From the IMG/VR virus record IMGVR_UViG_3300008262_000008: a stretch of DNA of 64,000 bases, one strand, 5' to 3'. Shown in pieces: positions 17,836 to 27,800 of this stretch (position 1 is the first letter of the stretch; the number at the start of each line of letters is the position of its first letter). Origin of the DNA: a virus. A model generated the notes under the pieces. It ran no database searches and was not told the DNA's origin. It saw only the letters and a program-made list of their open reading frames with translations. Made by a program: the position numbers and the translations under genes.

Positions 17836-18347
17836 TCAACTCCTCCATTTGGTAATCTTTCAATAATAAAGTTTGGATGTGTAGCTTTTTGGCATGTATG
17901 GACTGCTAATTGTGGTGAATATTGTTCATCCAATTCGTCAAAGAAATAAAGATTATTTACATGATCCCACAACCAAGAAAGTTCCCATTCACAACCTGTT
18001 TTAATCCATGCTTTTTTCCATTCCTCTTTAAAGTTTTCACAATAATCATACTTATATTCTAAGATAATAGTTGTATTTGCAATATACCTAACTTTACTTA
18101 AAAATTCTGCAGGATTATCAAGATATTCTACCACTCCAGCAACCAGAGCAATATCAAACTTCTTGTCTCCAAAATCAGGAAACTCTACATTGAGATCACA
18201 TTTTACATCACAACCATCCATAATGTCAACCCCCACATATTCTGTAGGTTGAATTAATTCTTTTAATGATTGATCTCCTGATCCAAAATGAACAACAGAA
18301 GCACCCTTTTCAACATAACGTTGAAAAAATAAATTTGATAATGACAT
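17832..18347 (-). CDS. class I SAM-dependent methyltransferase
   Basis: VVHFGSG, YVGVDI, FDIALVAGVVEYL; start trimmed to MSLSNL; ATGA overlap with the halogenase. Confidence 0.8.
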   Translation of the reverse strand: MSLSNLFFQRYVEKGASVVHFGSGDQSLKELIQPTEYVGVDIMDGCDVKCDLNVEFPDFGDKKFDIALVAGVVEYLDNPAEFLSKVRYIANTTIILEYKYDYCENFKEEWKKAWIKTGCEWELSWLWDHVNNLYFFDELDEQYSPQLAVHTCQKATHPNFIIERLPNGGVE

Positions 18348-18361
18348 AATAATTTTAATAA

Positions 18362-18895
18362 TTAAACGTTTTGTGAAGATTGACCGTATCCAAGTATAAC
18401 TTCTTCTACCATACACATAGAAGGAGTATCAATATTTCTTCCCCCTCCATCCCAATAACCAGTATGATTTATATGAATATTGTGATTTCCTTCAGCATAT
18501 GATCTAATTCTATATCCAATTTGTGATCTTTTTCCTGCACCCCAAGAAGGAACCATGTATTCTCTTTGTCCTTGTCCCTCTTGATGATGATTTGATTGTG
18601 AATGTCTACCATATTCAACATCATCAACATAAAAAATCCAATGACTAATAGAGTGAGCACTGCCATACCATCTCATATGAGCATTCATACTAAATCTAAT
18701 GTGACTATCTGATCTTGAAGGTTGAAACCATAACCAACATCCAGGAGCCCAATAATATGTATTTACAGGTCTATACCATCCATCTCTGTAGTTAACTGTC
18801 TGCCTTTGTACAACTCTAGACACAAGATATGTACCTGTTACAGTACTGCTACCAGATGCATTACCTACGCTATTTACTCTTAAAGTTGCTGACAT
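18362..18895 (-). CDS. tail-fibre-associated beta-rich paralogue A1
   Basis: MSATLRVNSV start; shared AHSISHW.FY / RHS.S.HH.E / PSWG / YWDGGG motifs. Confidence 0.7.
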   Translation of the reverse strand: MSATLRVNSVGNASGSSTVTGTYLVSRVVQRQTVNYRDGWYRPVNTYYWAPGCWLWFQPSRSDSHIRFSMNAHMRWYGSAHSISHWIFYVDDVEYGRHSQSNHHQEGQGQREYMVPSWGAGKRSQIGYRIRSYAEGNHNIHINHTGYWDGGGRNIDTPSMCMVEEVILGYGQSSQNV

Positions 18896-18901
18896 AATAT
18901 T

Positions 18902-19429
18902 TTATAATGGTGATGGTAAATATTCTTCTGCTCTAGCTAATACTGGGACATAAAAAGTATTTCCTCCTCCATCCCAATAATGTCTAGCATTAAAATGTAC
19001 GCAATGTGGACCGTCACTGTATTGTCTTACCCAATATCCCATCGTAATTGGTTGAAGTTGATTACCAAAATCTGATACAGGTATTTGCCATTTTAGATTG
19101 TGACCATGTTCTTGGTGATCATTGCTCTCAGAATGTCTATGATATTCAACATTATTAACGTAAAATCTCCAGTGACTAATTGAGTGAGCATTTCCACCTC
19201 TCCATCCTAAAGCACAATCAAACATATAATCAATTACACTGTTAATTCTTTTTGGTGTAATTGTAATATAACTACCTGGCAAAGGTCTCCATTCATTCTG
19301 TGGATTATAGGCACCCCATTGAGTTCTCTGCTGTATTCTTTGCAAAGTCCTTCTCTGTAGTTGATTGATCGTAAGAGATGTACTACTACTGTTAGTTCTA
19401 ATAGTATCAACAAATAATTGGGATGCCAT
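18902..19429 (-). CDS. tail-fibre-associated paralogue A2
   Basis: Same motif set as A1. Confidence 0.7.
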   Translation of the reverse strand: MASQLFVDTIRTNSSSTSLTINQLQRRTLQRIQQRTQWGAYNPQNEWRPLPGSYITITPKRINSVIDYMFDCALGWRGGNAHSISHWRFYVNNVEYHRHSESNDHQEHGHNLKWQIPVSDFGNQLQPITMGYWVRQYSDGPHCVHFNARHYWDGGGNTFYVPVLARAEEYLPSPL

Positions 19430-19435
19430 TGATTA

Positions 19436-19798
19436 TTACTCTGGTTTTGGAAACTGCTCTTTAATTTCTAATCTTTTTGCTTGAAGTTCATCAGCATATC
19501 CAGGGTTATCTTCCATAATCTTATCCCAGAGAGCAATGATTAGTTCCTCTTTAGATGGATAACGACCTGGGAGTGCTCTTTGCATTCTAACTCTTTCAAG
19601 TGCAACTTCATCTTTAATTTCTTCCCACTTTGCAGCAAGTTCTTCTTTTGATGGTTGAGGACTATCTGCTAACCATGTAATATCCTCATAGTTTGGTCCT
19701 CTAACCCCATAAGGTTGTCCTGCATAAAATCTATGCATGACCTCACCATAATCTACACCATCATCTGCAAGTGGAAAATCCATCATGTTCTCTTCCAT
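19436..19798 (-). CDS. fibre assembly chaperone-like protein (XkdW-like)
   Basis: Y..ITWLADSPQPSKEEL...R...YPS.EELIIALW; own late promoter at 19824-19830. Confidence 0.55.
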   Translation of the reverse strand: MEENMMDFPLADDGVDYGEVMHRFYAGQPYGVRGPNYEDITWLADSPQPSKEELAAKWEEIKDEVALERVRMQRALPGRYPSKEELIIALWDKIMEDNPGYADELQAKRLEIKEQFPKPE

Positions 19799-19826
19799 TT
19801 TAATCTTAACCTCCTTTTTTTATTAT

Positions 19827-20399
19827 TTATCGAATATTAATAGTTCTACCTACTCCACCACGCTCTTCATTGCCAGCAGTTCCCAACCATTCTTCAACTA
19901 AAAGATAACCAAAAGCATTTTGTCTGCTACCTGTTCCATTCCAATAGTTTGTACTATATGCGCGAACTGTATGGTTATTTTGAGAATATGATCTCATTTG
20001 ATAACCAATTCTACCATTTGAAGTTCCCCAGGAAGGAACCGTCCACTTAAAAGTATTCCCTTCTTCTAAATGATTTCCAGATTCACTATGCATAAATGTA
20101 AGAATACCATTAACATAAAATTTCCAATGACTAATTGCATGACTGGCGTTTACCCATGCACGAGGTATTCTTGCCCAGAAAAATAATCTACTATCAGCTC
20201 TTTGTGGTGTAAAATCAACAAAAGCACCAGGTAACCAAGCATAAGAATTACTTGGATTCCAATCTCCACCAGTATAATCTGCACTATATCTTTGAATACA
20301 TCTTGCATTCAATTCTGAAACAGGAATAGTATAATTCTGTAAAGATAATGGAGATTGATTAACAGTACCTAAATTTTTAAGTGTAACTCTAGATGGCAT
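19827..20399 (-). CDS. tail-fibre-associated paralogue A3
   Basis: Same motif set. Confidence 0.7.
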   Translation of the reverse strand: MPSRVTLKNLGTVNQSPLSLQNYTIPVSELNARCIQRYSADYTGGDWNPSNSYAWLPGAFVDFTPQRADSRLFFWARIPRAWVNASHAISHWKFYVNGILTFMHSESGNHLEEGNTFKWTVPSWGTSNGRIGYQMRSYSQNNHTVRAYSTNYWNGTGSRQNAFGYLLVEEWLGTAGNEERGGVGRTINIR

Positions 20400-20911
20400 T
20401 ATGCTACCTCCCCTGAACCAAGAACTTCATCAACCATTAGTTGACCATATGCGTTTTGTCTGCTACCTGTTCCATTCCAATAGTTAGTATCATACCATCT
20501 TAAAGTATGATTATTTGTAGCATATGCTCTAATTTGGCATCCTATTCTAGCATTAAATGTTCCCCATGAAGGAACTTCCCACATATATGTATCTCCATCT
20601 TCCAGATGAGTTCCAGCTGCAGAATGATACTTGAATAATCTACCATTAGCATAAAATTGCAAATGACAAATCGCATTACTAGCATTTACCCAGGCACGAG
20701 GAGCTCTCCAAGCATATTGAATTAAACTATCAGATCTTTGAGGTGTGAAATCTACAAAAGATCCTGGCACCCAAGCATATGATGTACTAGGATTCCAAGA
20801 ACCTCCAGTATAAACAGATTGATATCTTTGCAAATATCGATTATTATACAATTCTTTTACAGGAATTGTAATATTACTAGCAAGATTTGTAATTCTATCT
20901 ACAGAAATCAT
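20399..20911 (-). CDS. tail-fibre-associated paralogue A4
   Basis: Start trimmed to MISVDRI; same motif set. Confidence 0.7.
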   Translation of the reverse strand: MISVDRITNLASNITIPVKELYNNRYLQRYQSVYTGGSWNPSTSYAWVPGSFVDFTPQRSDSLIQYAWRAPRAWVNASNAICHLQFYANGRLFKYHSAAGTHLEDGDTYMWEVPSWGTFNARIGCQIRAYATNNHTLRWYDTNYWNGTGSRQNAYGQLMVDEVLGSGEVA

Positions 20912-20919
20912 GATTACAC

Positions 20920-21429
20920 CTACGATGCTAAGTATTCTTGAATATAAGTTTGACCATAACAATTTTGGTTGCTGCCGCCGCCTTCCCAATACTGAGTAGA
21001 ATAAACTCCTACTTCATGGTTATTTTGAGAATACATTCTCATTTGATAACCAATTCTACCATTTGAAGTTCCCCATGATGCAAAGTCCCACACATATGTA
21101 GCACGATGCTCTTTATGATGTCCACTAATCGAATGCCTGCCTTGTTCTGTGCTTCCATTTGAATAAAATATCCAATGACTAATTGAATGAGCATTTCCTG
21201 CCCATCTTGCAACAGGAAGTGTCCAGTAACATCTTATTCTAGATGATGCTGATAATGGAGTATAATCAACAAATGCTCCAGGAACCCAAGCATAGTTATT
21301 ATTATTTCTCCATCCACCACCAGTATAGGTACTTCTAGTTTCACGAAGAATTCTTCTCCTCAACTGATCCAAAGAAAGAGGATCAAGATTAGGATCTGGA
21401 CTAATAGTATCGGTAACAAGTGTACTCAT
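20920..21429 (-). CDS. tail-fibre-associated paralogue A5
   Basis: MSTLVTDTI; same motif set. Confidence 0.7.
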   Translation of the reverse strand: MSTLVTDTISPDPNLDPLSLDQLRRRILRETRSTYTGGGWRNNNNYAWVPGAFVDYTPLSASSRIRCYWTLPVARWAGNAHSISHWIFYSNGSTEQGRHSISGHHKEHRATYVWDFASWGTSNGRIGYQMRMYSQNNHEVGVYSTQYWEGGGSNQNCYGQTYIQEYLAS

Positions 21430-21935
21430 GTTGGTAAATACTCCTCGATTGTCATTAAAGCTCTACAAAATTGAACAGATCCACCACCATCCCAATATCC
21501 AGTAGAGTGTAGTCGATTACGATTACTATTTCCATACCATCTCATTTGATATCCAATTCTTTGTGTTCCACTGTGCCAAGGAACATCCCACATATAACAA
21601 TGTCTAGTTTCATAGTTTTGAGAAGATATACAATGTCTACCTCTTTCTACAGAACCACCTTGAGTATAGAAAATACAATGCATAATATTATGACCATCAA
21701 TATAACCTACAGAAAAATTACAAGTAACTCTAGCTCTTACGTTCTCAGAAGATGCTCCAAAAAATGCGTAGTCCCACCATAATCCAGGAGCCCATCCGTA
21801 GTTTGTACCAGGATCCCAAGTACCACCAGTATATTCTTGATATACTGTTCTAATAATCCTACCTCGTAATTGTGCTGTAGGAATTGCAACTGTAAGATCT
21901 GAAGTTGCTATTGTATCAACCCTAAGGTTACTCAT
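21426..21935 (-). CDS. tail-fibre-associated paralogue A6
   Basis: MSNLRVDTI; same motif set. Confidence 0.7.
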   Translation of the reverse strand: MSNLRVDTIATSDLTVAIPTAQLRGRIIRTVYQEYTGGTWDPGTNYGWAPGLWWDYAFFGASSENVRARVTCNFSVGYIDGHNIMHCIFYTQGGSVERGRHCISSQNYETRHCYMWDVPWHSGTQRIGYQMRWYGNSNRNRLHSTGYWDGGGSVQFCRALMTIEEYLPT

Positions 21936-21945
21936 ATTTAACCTC

Positions 21946-22452
21946 CTAACCTAAATCAGGTCCAGTAAGATCTTGCCTTTCTCCAGGTTGAGGTGAAGCT
22001 TCAGGTTTTGTTGGCCATGGAACATTTTTTAAAACCCCATCTTGAAGAACAGGATTGATATCCAAATCAGTAATATCTCTAAGAGCCTGCATATAATCTA
22101 CCCATTCTTGAGGAACTGGTTCATTTCTACTCATAGAGCGAATAATAATCCAATCACATTCCTTAAGTTTTGCATTACGAACTCTTCTAACTGCTTGCAT
22201 TGGTGCTAGTTTTTGAAGTCTAACAGCCTCTGCTTCTACTTCTTCTTTTGTTGGTTTTAAAGATGGATCATCATTCCAAGTCAGTCCTTCCCAATCTTCT
22301 CCAACTAAACTCCACGCACAACTTGGACGAAGAGAAATAATAGCTGCAGCAAGATCAGGTTTTGAATATGCGTATTTTGTTTCTTCTAATGTATAATTTG
22401 GAGCAGATGATTTTTCTGCATCTCTTACATCAATTTCTTCCGCCATATACAA
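21946..22452 (-). CDS. phage tail fibre assembly chaperone
   Basis: VRRVRNAKLKECDW...W.DYMQALRDIT...WPTKP, with an N-terminal XkdW-like SLRPSCAWSL.G..W.GLTW domain. Confidence 0.8.
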   Translation of the reverse strand: MYMAEEIDVRDAEKSSAPNYTLEETKYAYSKPDLAAAIISLRPSCAWSLVGEDWEGLTWNDDPSLKPTKEEVEAEAVRLQKLAPMQAVRRVRNAKLKECDWIIIRSMSRNEPVPQEWVDYMQALRDITDLDINPVLQDGVLKNVPWPTKPEASPQPGERQDLTGPDLG

Positions 22453-22470
22453 CTCCAGTTTTATCTTTAT

Positions 22471-23145
22471 TTATGCCTGAGGATATGCCCATTCTTCAAC
22501 TAATCCGAAACTGACACCTTGTTCATAACTATCTCCTCCATTTTGATAGTTTGACCAAGTTGCATTTAAAACAAATCCATCATCTCTGTTATTTGCGTTC
22601 TTAACCCAAGGTGTATAAGTAACAGGATTTAAAGTTTGTGGACGATCCCACCAACCAAAAACTACATTAATTGGTGTACTGTCTGTATTATTATCATAGT
22701 GCAGAACAGCAACACCATTAGAATTCAACCATGTATCATATAATCCTGCTTCTGGAATTTGTTGTAATGCTTGACCTCCAGAAATTGAGTTATTGTTTCT
22801 AGCAACTCCCATAGTATTATCCCAGGATGCTTCGCAAAAAATATTGTATTCAATATAAAACCAACTGTTGATTGATTTTGGCTGCACTACAATTTCTAAT
22901 GGTTCTAGTAATGTAGCTTGTGTTTGTGTGGGTCTAATAATGTTATTTTCTGGTCCTGGTCTTCTATCGTTGTTTTGTACACGATAATATACTCTATCCA
23001 TAGAAACTTTATAACGTACCTGTACAACAGACCCAGGCATGTATAGTGATGATGGAGAATTAATGAATACTGTAGAACTAGTATTCCCTTGAATTGTATT
23101 TACTTTTAATTGGCTCATGATTAGTAATCTGCAGAAATTTCCCAA
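22471..23145 (-). CDS. tail-fibre-associated paralogue B1
   Basis: MSQLKVNTIQ; VQPKSINS, YDNNTDSTP, WDRPQ motifs shared with B2/B3. Confidence 0.65.
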   Translation of the reverse strand: MGNFCRLLIMSQLKVNTIQGNTSSTVFINSPSSLYMPGSVVQVRYKVSMDRVYYRVQNNDRRPGPENNIIRPTQTQATLLEPLEIVVQPKSINSWFYIEYNIFCEASWDNTMGVARNNNSISGGQALQQIPEAGLYDTWLNSNGVAVLHYDNNTDSTPINVVFGWWDRPQTLNPVTYTPWVKNANNRDDGFVLNATWSNYQNGGDSYEQGVSFGLVEEWAYPQA

Positions 23146-23687
23146 GCAAATCCATAACTAATTCCTATTTCATGGTTTCCAGTACCAGTGCTACCAGATG
23201 TTCTATTAAAGAAATAAGTATAGTTGCTACCATTAGATGATCTAACAGCAACATCATAAGTTTGTGCGGATGTTGCTCCAGGACGATCATACCAATCAAC
23301 AGTATGAAGATGAGGTGTGCTATCTACGTTTTGATCATACAAACAAGTTGTAATACAACTATGTCTAGCATTTCCTCTTTGTGTATTATATCCTATAAGA
23401 CCATTATTTCTACGAACAAGAAATACGACATTCTCATTCCCTTCTCCATGAAGCATCCATCTCAATCTAATGGTGCTATTTGAATATTTTGGAGTAATTA
23501 CTAATCTTACATCAGTGAGTGGATTACCATCTCCACTATTACTAGCAGAATATGTAGTTCTATTATCACTTCTAACATACCAATGATTAATATATGTATT
23601 TGGAGCTCTTAATGTGTGCCCTGACTGCATCGAAAGAGTGTTTCCTGTTGCAGGAGCAATAGATCCAACAGTTATTGTTCTTGGCAT
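23121..23687 (-). CDS. tail-fibre-associated paralogue B2
   Basis: ITPKYSNS, YDQNVDSTP, YDRPG. Confidence 0.65.
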   Translation of the reverse strand: MPRTITVGSIAPATGNTLSMQSGHTLRAPNTYINHWYVRSDNRTTYSASNSGDGNPLTDVRLVITPKYSNSTIRLRWMLHGEGNENVVFLVRRNNGLIGYNTQRGNARHSCITTCLYDQNVDSTPHLHTVDWYDRPGATSAQTYDVAVRSSNGSNYTYFFNRTSGSTGTGNHEIGISYGFAWEISADY

Positions 23688-24265
23688 TATCTTGCAATCT
23701 CCCTTAATACAAACATACTGACACCTTTTTCATAATCCCCCCAATAGTTATTCCATGATTTATTTACACGAATACTATCATTACTATTACTTGCATATCT
23801 AGCACCAATACCGTATGTATAAGTAGAAGTTCCACCAGGACGATCTACAAATTTAATATGCAACCAATCTGGTGTACTACTCCTATCTTGATCATAACGT
23901 GCTCCAGTAACTCCACTATATTGAACGTTACCAACGGCCGTATTATATCCTATATATCCAGCTGTATTGGTGATAGATCCATTTCTTAAAATTTGAAATG
24001 TAATATCATTGGAAGATTCATAAAATAAAAATATGTCCATCCATATTTCACTATCACTATATTTTGGTGTGATAGCAGTATTTAATATTGATATTTCTCT
24101 ACTTACGTTGTCAGCATTAGTTGCATATGTAGCAATAACATCCGTCATGTTCCAAACACATTGAATAACTGTGCCTGGAACTTTCATTAGAGTTCCAGCA
24201 GCAACTCCAATAACATAATCGTTTTCTGCTCTTCCGATTAATTCATCAACAATTACTGTACTCAT
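23687..24265 (-). CDS. tail-fibre-associated paralogue B3
   Basis: ITPKYSDS, YDQDRSSTP, VDRPG. Confidence 0.65.
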   Translation of the reverse strand: MSTVIVDELIGRAENDYVIGVAAGTLMKVPGTVIQCVWNMTDVIATYATNADNVSREISILNTAITPKYSDSEIWMDIFLFYESSNDITFQILRNGSITNTAGYIGYNTAVGNVQYSGVTGARYDQDRSSTPDWLHIKFVDRPGGTSTYTYGIGARYASNSNDSIRVNKSWNNYWGDYEKGVSMFVLREIAR

Positions 24266-24858
24266 ACAATACTCCAGTCTCCATTGACCGTAACAGTTTG
24301 TCCACTTGCTATAGTAATTGGTCCAGCTGTCATACCATTGGTTCCAGATGGAATGGTAAGTGAAGTAGAAATTGTAGCACTATTAGTTCTAATAATCGAT
24401 GCTGATCCAAGATAAGGAACTTCATCAATTGTTACTGCCCTGTTTCCAGCAATTGTCAGTTGCGAACCATTAAATGTCAAGTTGGAAGATGAATTCAAAG
24501 CACTAGTACCATTACCATACAACAAATATCCAGAAGTAAAAGATGTTTGCCCTGTTCCACCTTTATTAACAGCAACTGCTGAACTTAAGTTAGCAGGGTT
24601 CAAATAATATGAACCTGCTTGTCCGCCAAGAGTTCCAGCATTTAACAAACTCCAAGCAGTTCCATTATGAAAGTAAATATCATTTACACCAGTGTCATAA
24701 ATCAAATAACCTGCACTAACACCTGTCAATCCAGTTCTAGATGCAGTTGCAAGTGCAGGAAGTCTGAAAAAGCTAGTTGATACGTTATTGAAATTCAACG
24801 TCTGCAACGTTGCCGTTGTAGTCGTATTAATCTGAGTTTCTGTAATCTGCTGGCCCAT
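24262..24858 (-). CDS. short tail-fibre/adaptor protein
   Basis: VAVNKGGTGQT fibre motif; C-terminal TIPSGTNGMTAGPITI..GQTVTVNGDWSIV. Confidence 0.65.
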   Translation of the reverse strand: MGQQITETQINTTTTATLQTLNFNNVSTSFFRLPALATASRTGLTGVSAGYLIYDTGVNDIYFHNGTAWSLLNAGTLGGQAGSYYLNPANLSSAVAVNKGGTGQTSFTSGYLLYGNGTSALNSSSNLTFNGSQLTIAGNRAVTIDEVPYLGSASIIRTNSATISTSLTIPSGTNGMTAGPITIASGQTVTVNGDWSIV

Positions 24859-24888
24859 AAGACTATTACTCCGTTATATTAATATTTA

Positions 24889-27800
24889 TTATAATGGTAG
24901 TTCTCTAATGTGAATTGTATCCCTAGCAGAAGGAATATGAGTACCAGTGAATACAACGTTTGTGCCCGAAACATTATAATGAGTAGCAGGTATTTGAAGA
25001 ACACCATTTAAGAATACAAGAACACTGCTGGAAGTATGTGCTGTTAATGCTGTTAAAGCAAATGTTGTTGTAGTACCATTACCAGTATAGTTACGAGAAA
25101 CATATTTACCACTTAATCCATAAGTACCAGTTACACTTAAATTACCTGTAGCATTTAAGTTACCACCAACATTTAATTTAGCCGTTGATATTGGAGCGGC
25201 GCCAATGCCAACGTTTGTGGTCGTTGATAAAGCATCAGCAGTAATGGCAAAGTTACGAAGATCAAATACTTTAGTATTAGTTAAACCAAACTGATACCAT
25301 GTGGTTCCATAATATAACCAACCCAAGTTTCTGCCATATCCAGTTGTAGTACTAGTTGGATCCCAGCTGGTATTCCAAATAATATCTCCGTTACTTGGAG
25401 TTGTATAATATGTTGGCAATACAGGGTTTCCAGAAGTGTTGGTTGGAGCAATTAAGGTTCCTTTAAGAACTGTACCATCGTTATTAGAATAAGTAATCTT
25501 CTTAGCTTGGAATTCTTGATCTGAAGTAACTTTTGATTGGAAAGTAACAGGACCAGAGAATAATGATTCTAAGGAGTTACTATCACCACCAATAACAGTT
25601 AGTTTATCAGTAAGAACAAGTTCAGAGAATGTCTGAATGGTAGTTCCTTCTTCACCTACAACATTTAACTGTGCAATGTCACTAGAAGTAATTTGACCTG
25701 TAACTGGGTTAATAACTTGGTTACCAATGAATAGGTCACCATTTGAGTTTAGACCAGAATAGAATGAAACTCCAGCTGCCTCCTTCAAACACTGAGCATA
25801 TTTAACTTGATCAAAGGTAAGAACTTCAATCTGTGTTTGTGGGAATGCAGTTGAGTAGTTACCAGGACCAAATCCAACATATTCAAAGGTATGGTTACCA
25901 GAACGTTGAATAGAGTGACGACGAAGTTCAATTAGTAGATCGACTACTGTACTTCCTTGTAATTTAAGTGGAATTTTTCTTGTCTCTGCATCGCCTGCAT
26001 ATGCAGTAACTGTAGTTGTTCCAAGTTTATTTAACGTTGACGTATATCCTAAGGCATTACTTGTCTCTGCAAGGAAAAATTCTACTGCTTCTTTAGTAAT
26101 ACTACGCTTAGAATCAACGGTTGTTCCATCAGATGTAGCACTTACTGCTCCAATAGTTACATTATCAGCAATTGAAATTGCTGCTAATGGATCTGCTTGA
26201 GGATTATCTCTATCAAATGCAGGATAAACTTCATTCACATTTTGTGAAAACTTGTAATCACTATAATTTGATGTTGTTGGAGAAATTGACGCACATAATA
26301 CTGTTAGATAGAAAATACCATCTTGTACATCAGAAATAAAAGGTTGAATTTTTTCAGACTCATAAACGTAAAATACTTTATTATAATCTGAAGCTGTTCC
26401 CTGTCTAGGTTGAATAACATATCCAGTCAAAGGATCTCTAGGCAGTGGTTTAGCACCTTTAGGAATAACATATCTAAATCTATAAATTCTGTCCTTCAGT
26501 GTTCTTGCGTCAGAAATTCTCTTAATGAATGCTGAAGGCGTAAAGTTCAAGTTATTATAAATTGTACTTGTATTCAGTTCAGTATAAATTGTATTTGTAG
26601 CACCTTGAACACACTGAATATACCATCCACCAACAACGTTACCTAGTCCAGAAATATTATAAACTGTACTATCATATTTGATTGGACTATTTGTTTGTCC
26701 TGCTGTAGTTCCTGTTACTAGTCCAGTATTATTGGATGGAGAAATTCTTGCTTCTCGAATAATATTACCTGTCGTTGTCTGAAGATTACAGAATAATCTA
26801 TCAGGTAAAGACTGCGTTGTATCATATCTAGCACCAATTTGATAACCTTGTGCTTTAACAGGAGGAGCAGTTGAAGCATTAGTATATCCATATAGATATA
26901 ATCTTGCACCAGTTCCAGATGCTCCACCTAAAGCACCAACATGTTTTGTTCTCTTAACATCAATATTTACCCAGTTAATAGAAATCTCAGTACCAAATGT
27001 AATATAACCACTTACTGTTGAAGCATTAGCAACTGAAAGAGTAATTACTGTACCATTAATTGCAGATACTGTAGCATTTGTTCCTATTCCATTACCACTA
27101 ACTGCTTGTCCTTGAACAATACCATTATTATTAGCAACAGTAATTGTAAATTGTCCTGATGTACCAGTTGCAGTAGTACTTACAACATCTAATTGTTTTG
27201 GAGGAATGACATGTGTAAATGTTCCTGCTTTATCTTTAGTAAAGGCAGCTGCTTTAAATCCTCTACATCTCAATGCTGTACTACCAAAGTTAGAGTTACT
27301 GTTAGTGATCGACATGTCAGCACCACTATCAGCAAAGAAGTGATCACCATATGCAACAGCGAACACCGAAACGACCTGAATAAAAGCATCATTAGCAGCT
27401 TTAATGTGGCAATGTCGCCACCCCTGTTTATATCGACATGCACCATCTAAGTGAGAACCTGATCCACCGTCATCATATGTTTTAGTAACTGAATTATATC
27501 TTACAAAAGCTCTATCATCTTTCTGCAGAGATAGTCCCGTAAACTGTGCAACAACCATAGATTTAAAACCAGTTGTTCTAAATCCATCAGCATTCATACC
27601 ATTCAATCCCCAAACAGATCGCAATGAACAGTTGAAGATATATGGTGAAGCACTGTCTACAGTATCAATTTCAACCTTTGCAAGAATATTTGTACCAATA
27701 GCATTACCAGACGGTTCAGATGCCATCTGATAAGTGAATAATGAACCTTGTGCCGAAGTAACTTGGAATGATCCATTATACAATGCAGCATCAAGATCTG

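Noticed and set aside
18362-24265. Diversity-generating retroelement explanation for the paralogue array
   Set aside because: No reverse transcriptase in the window, no non-coding template repeat, and the mismatches are not adenine-specific.
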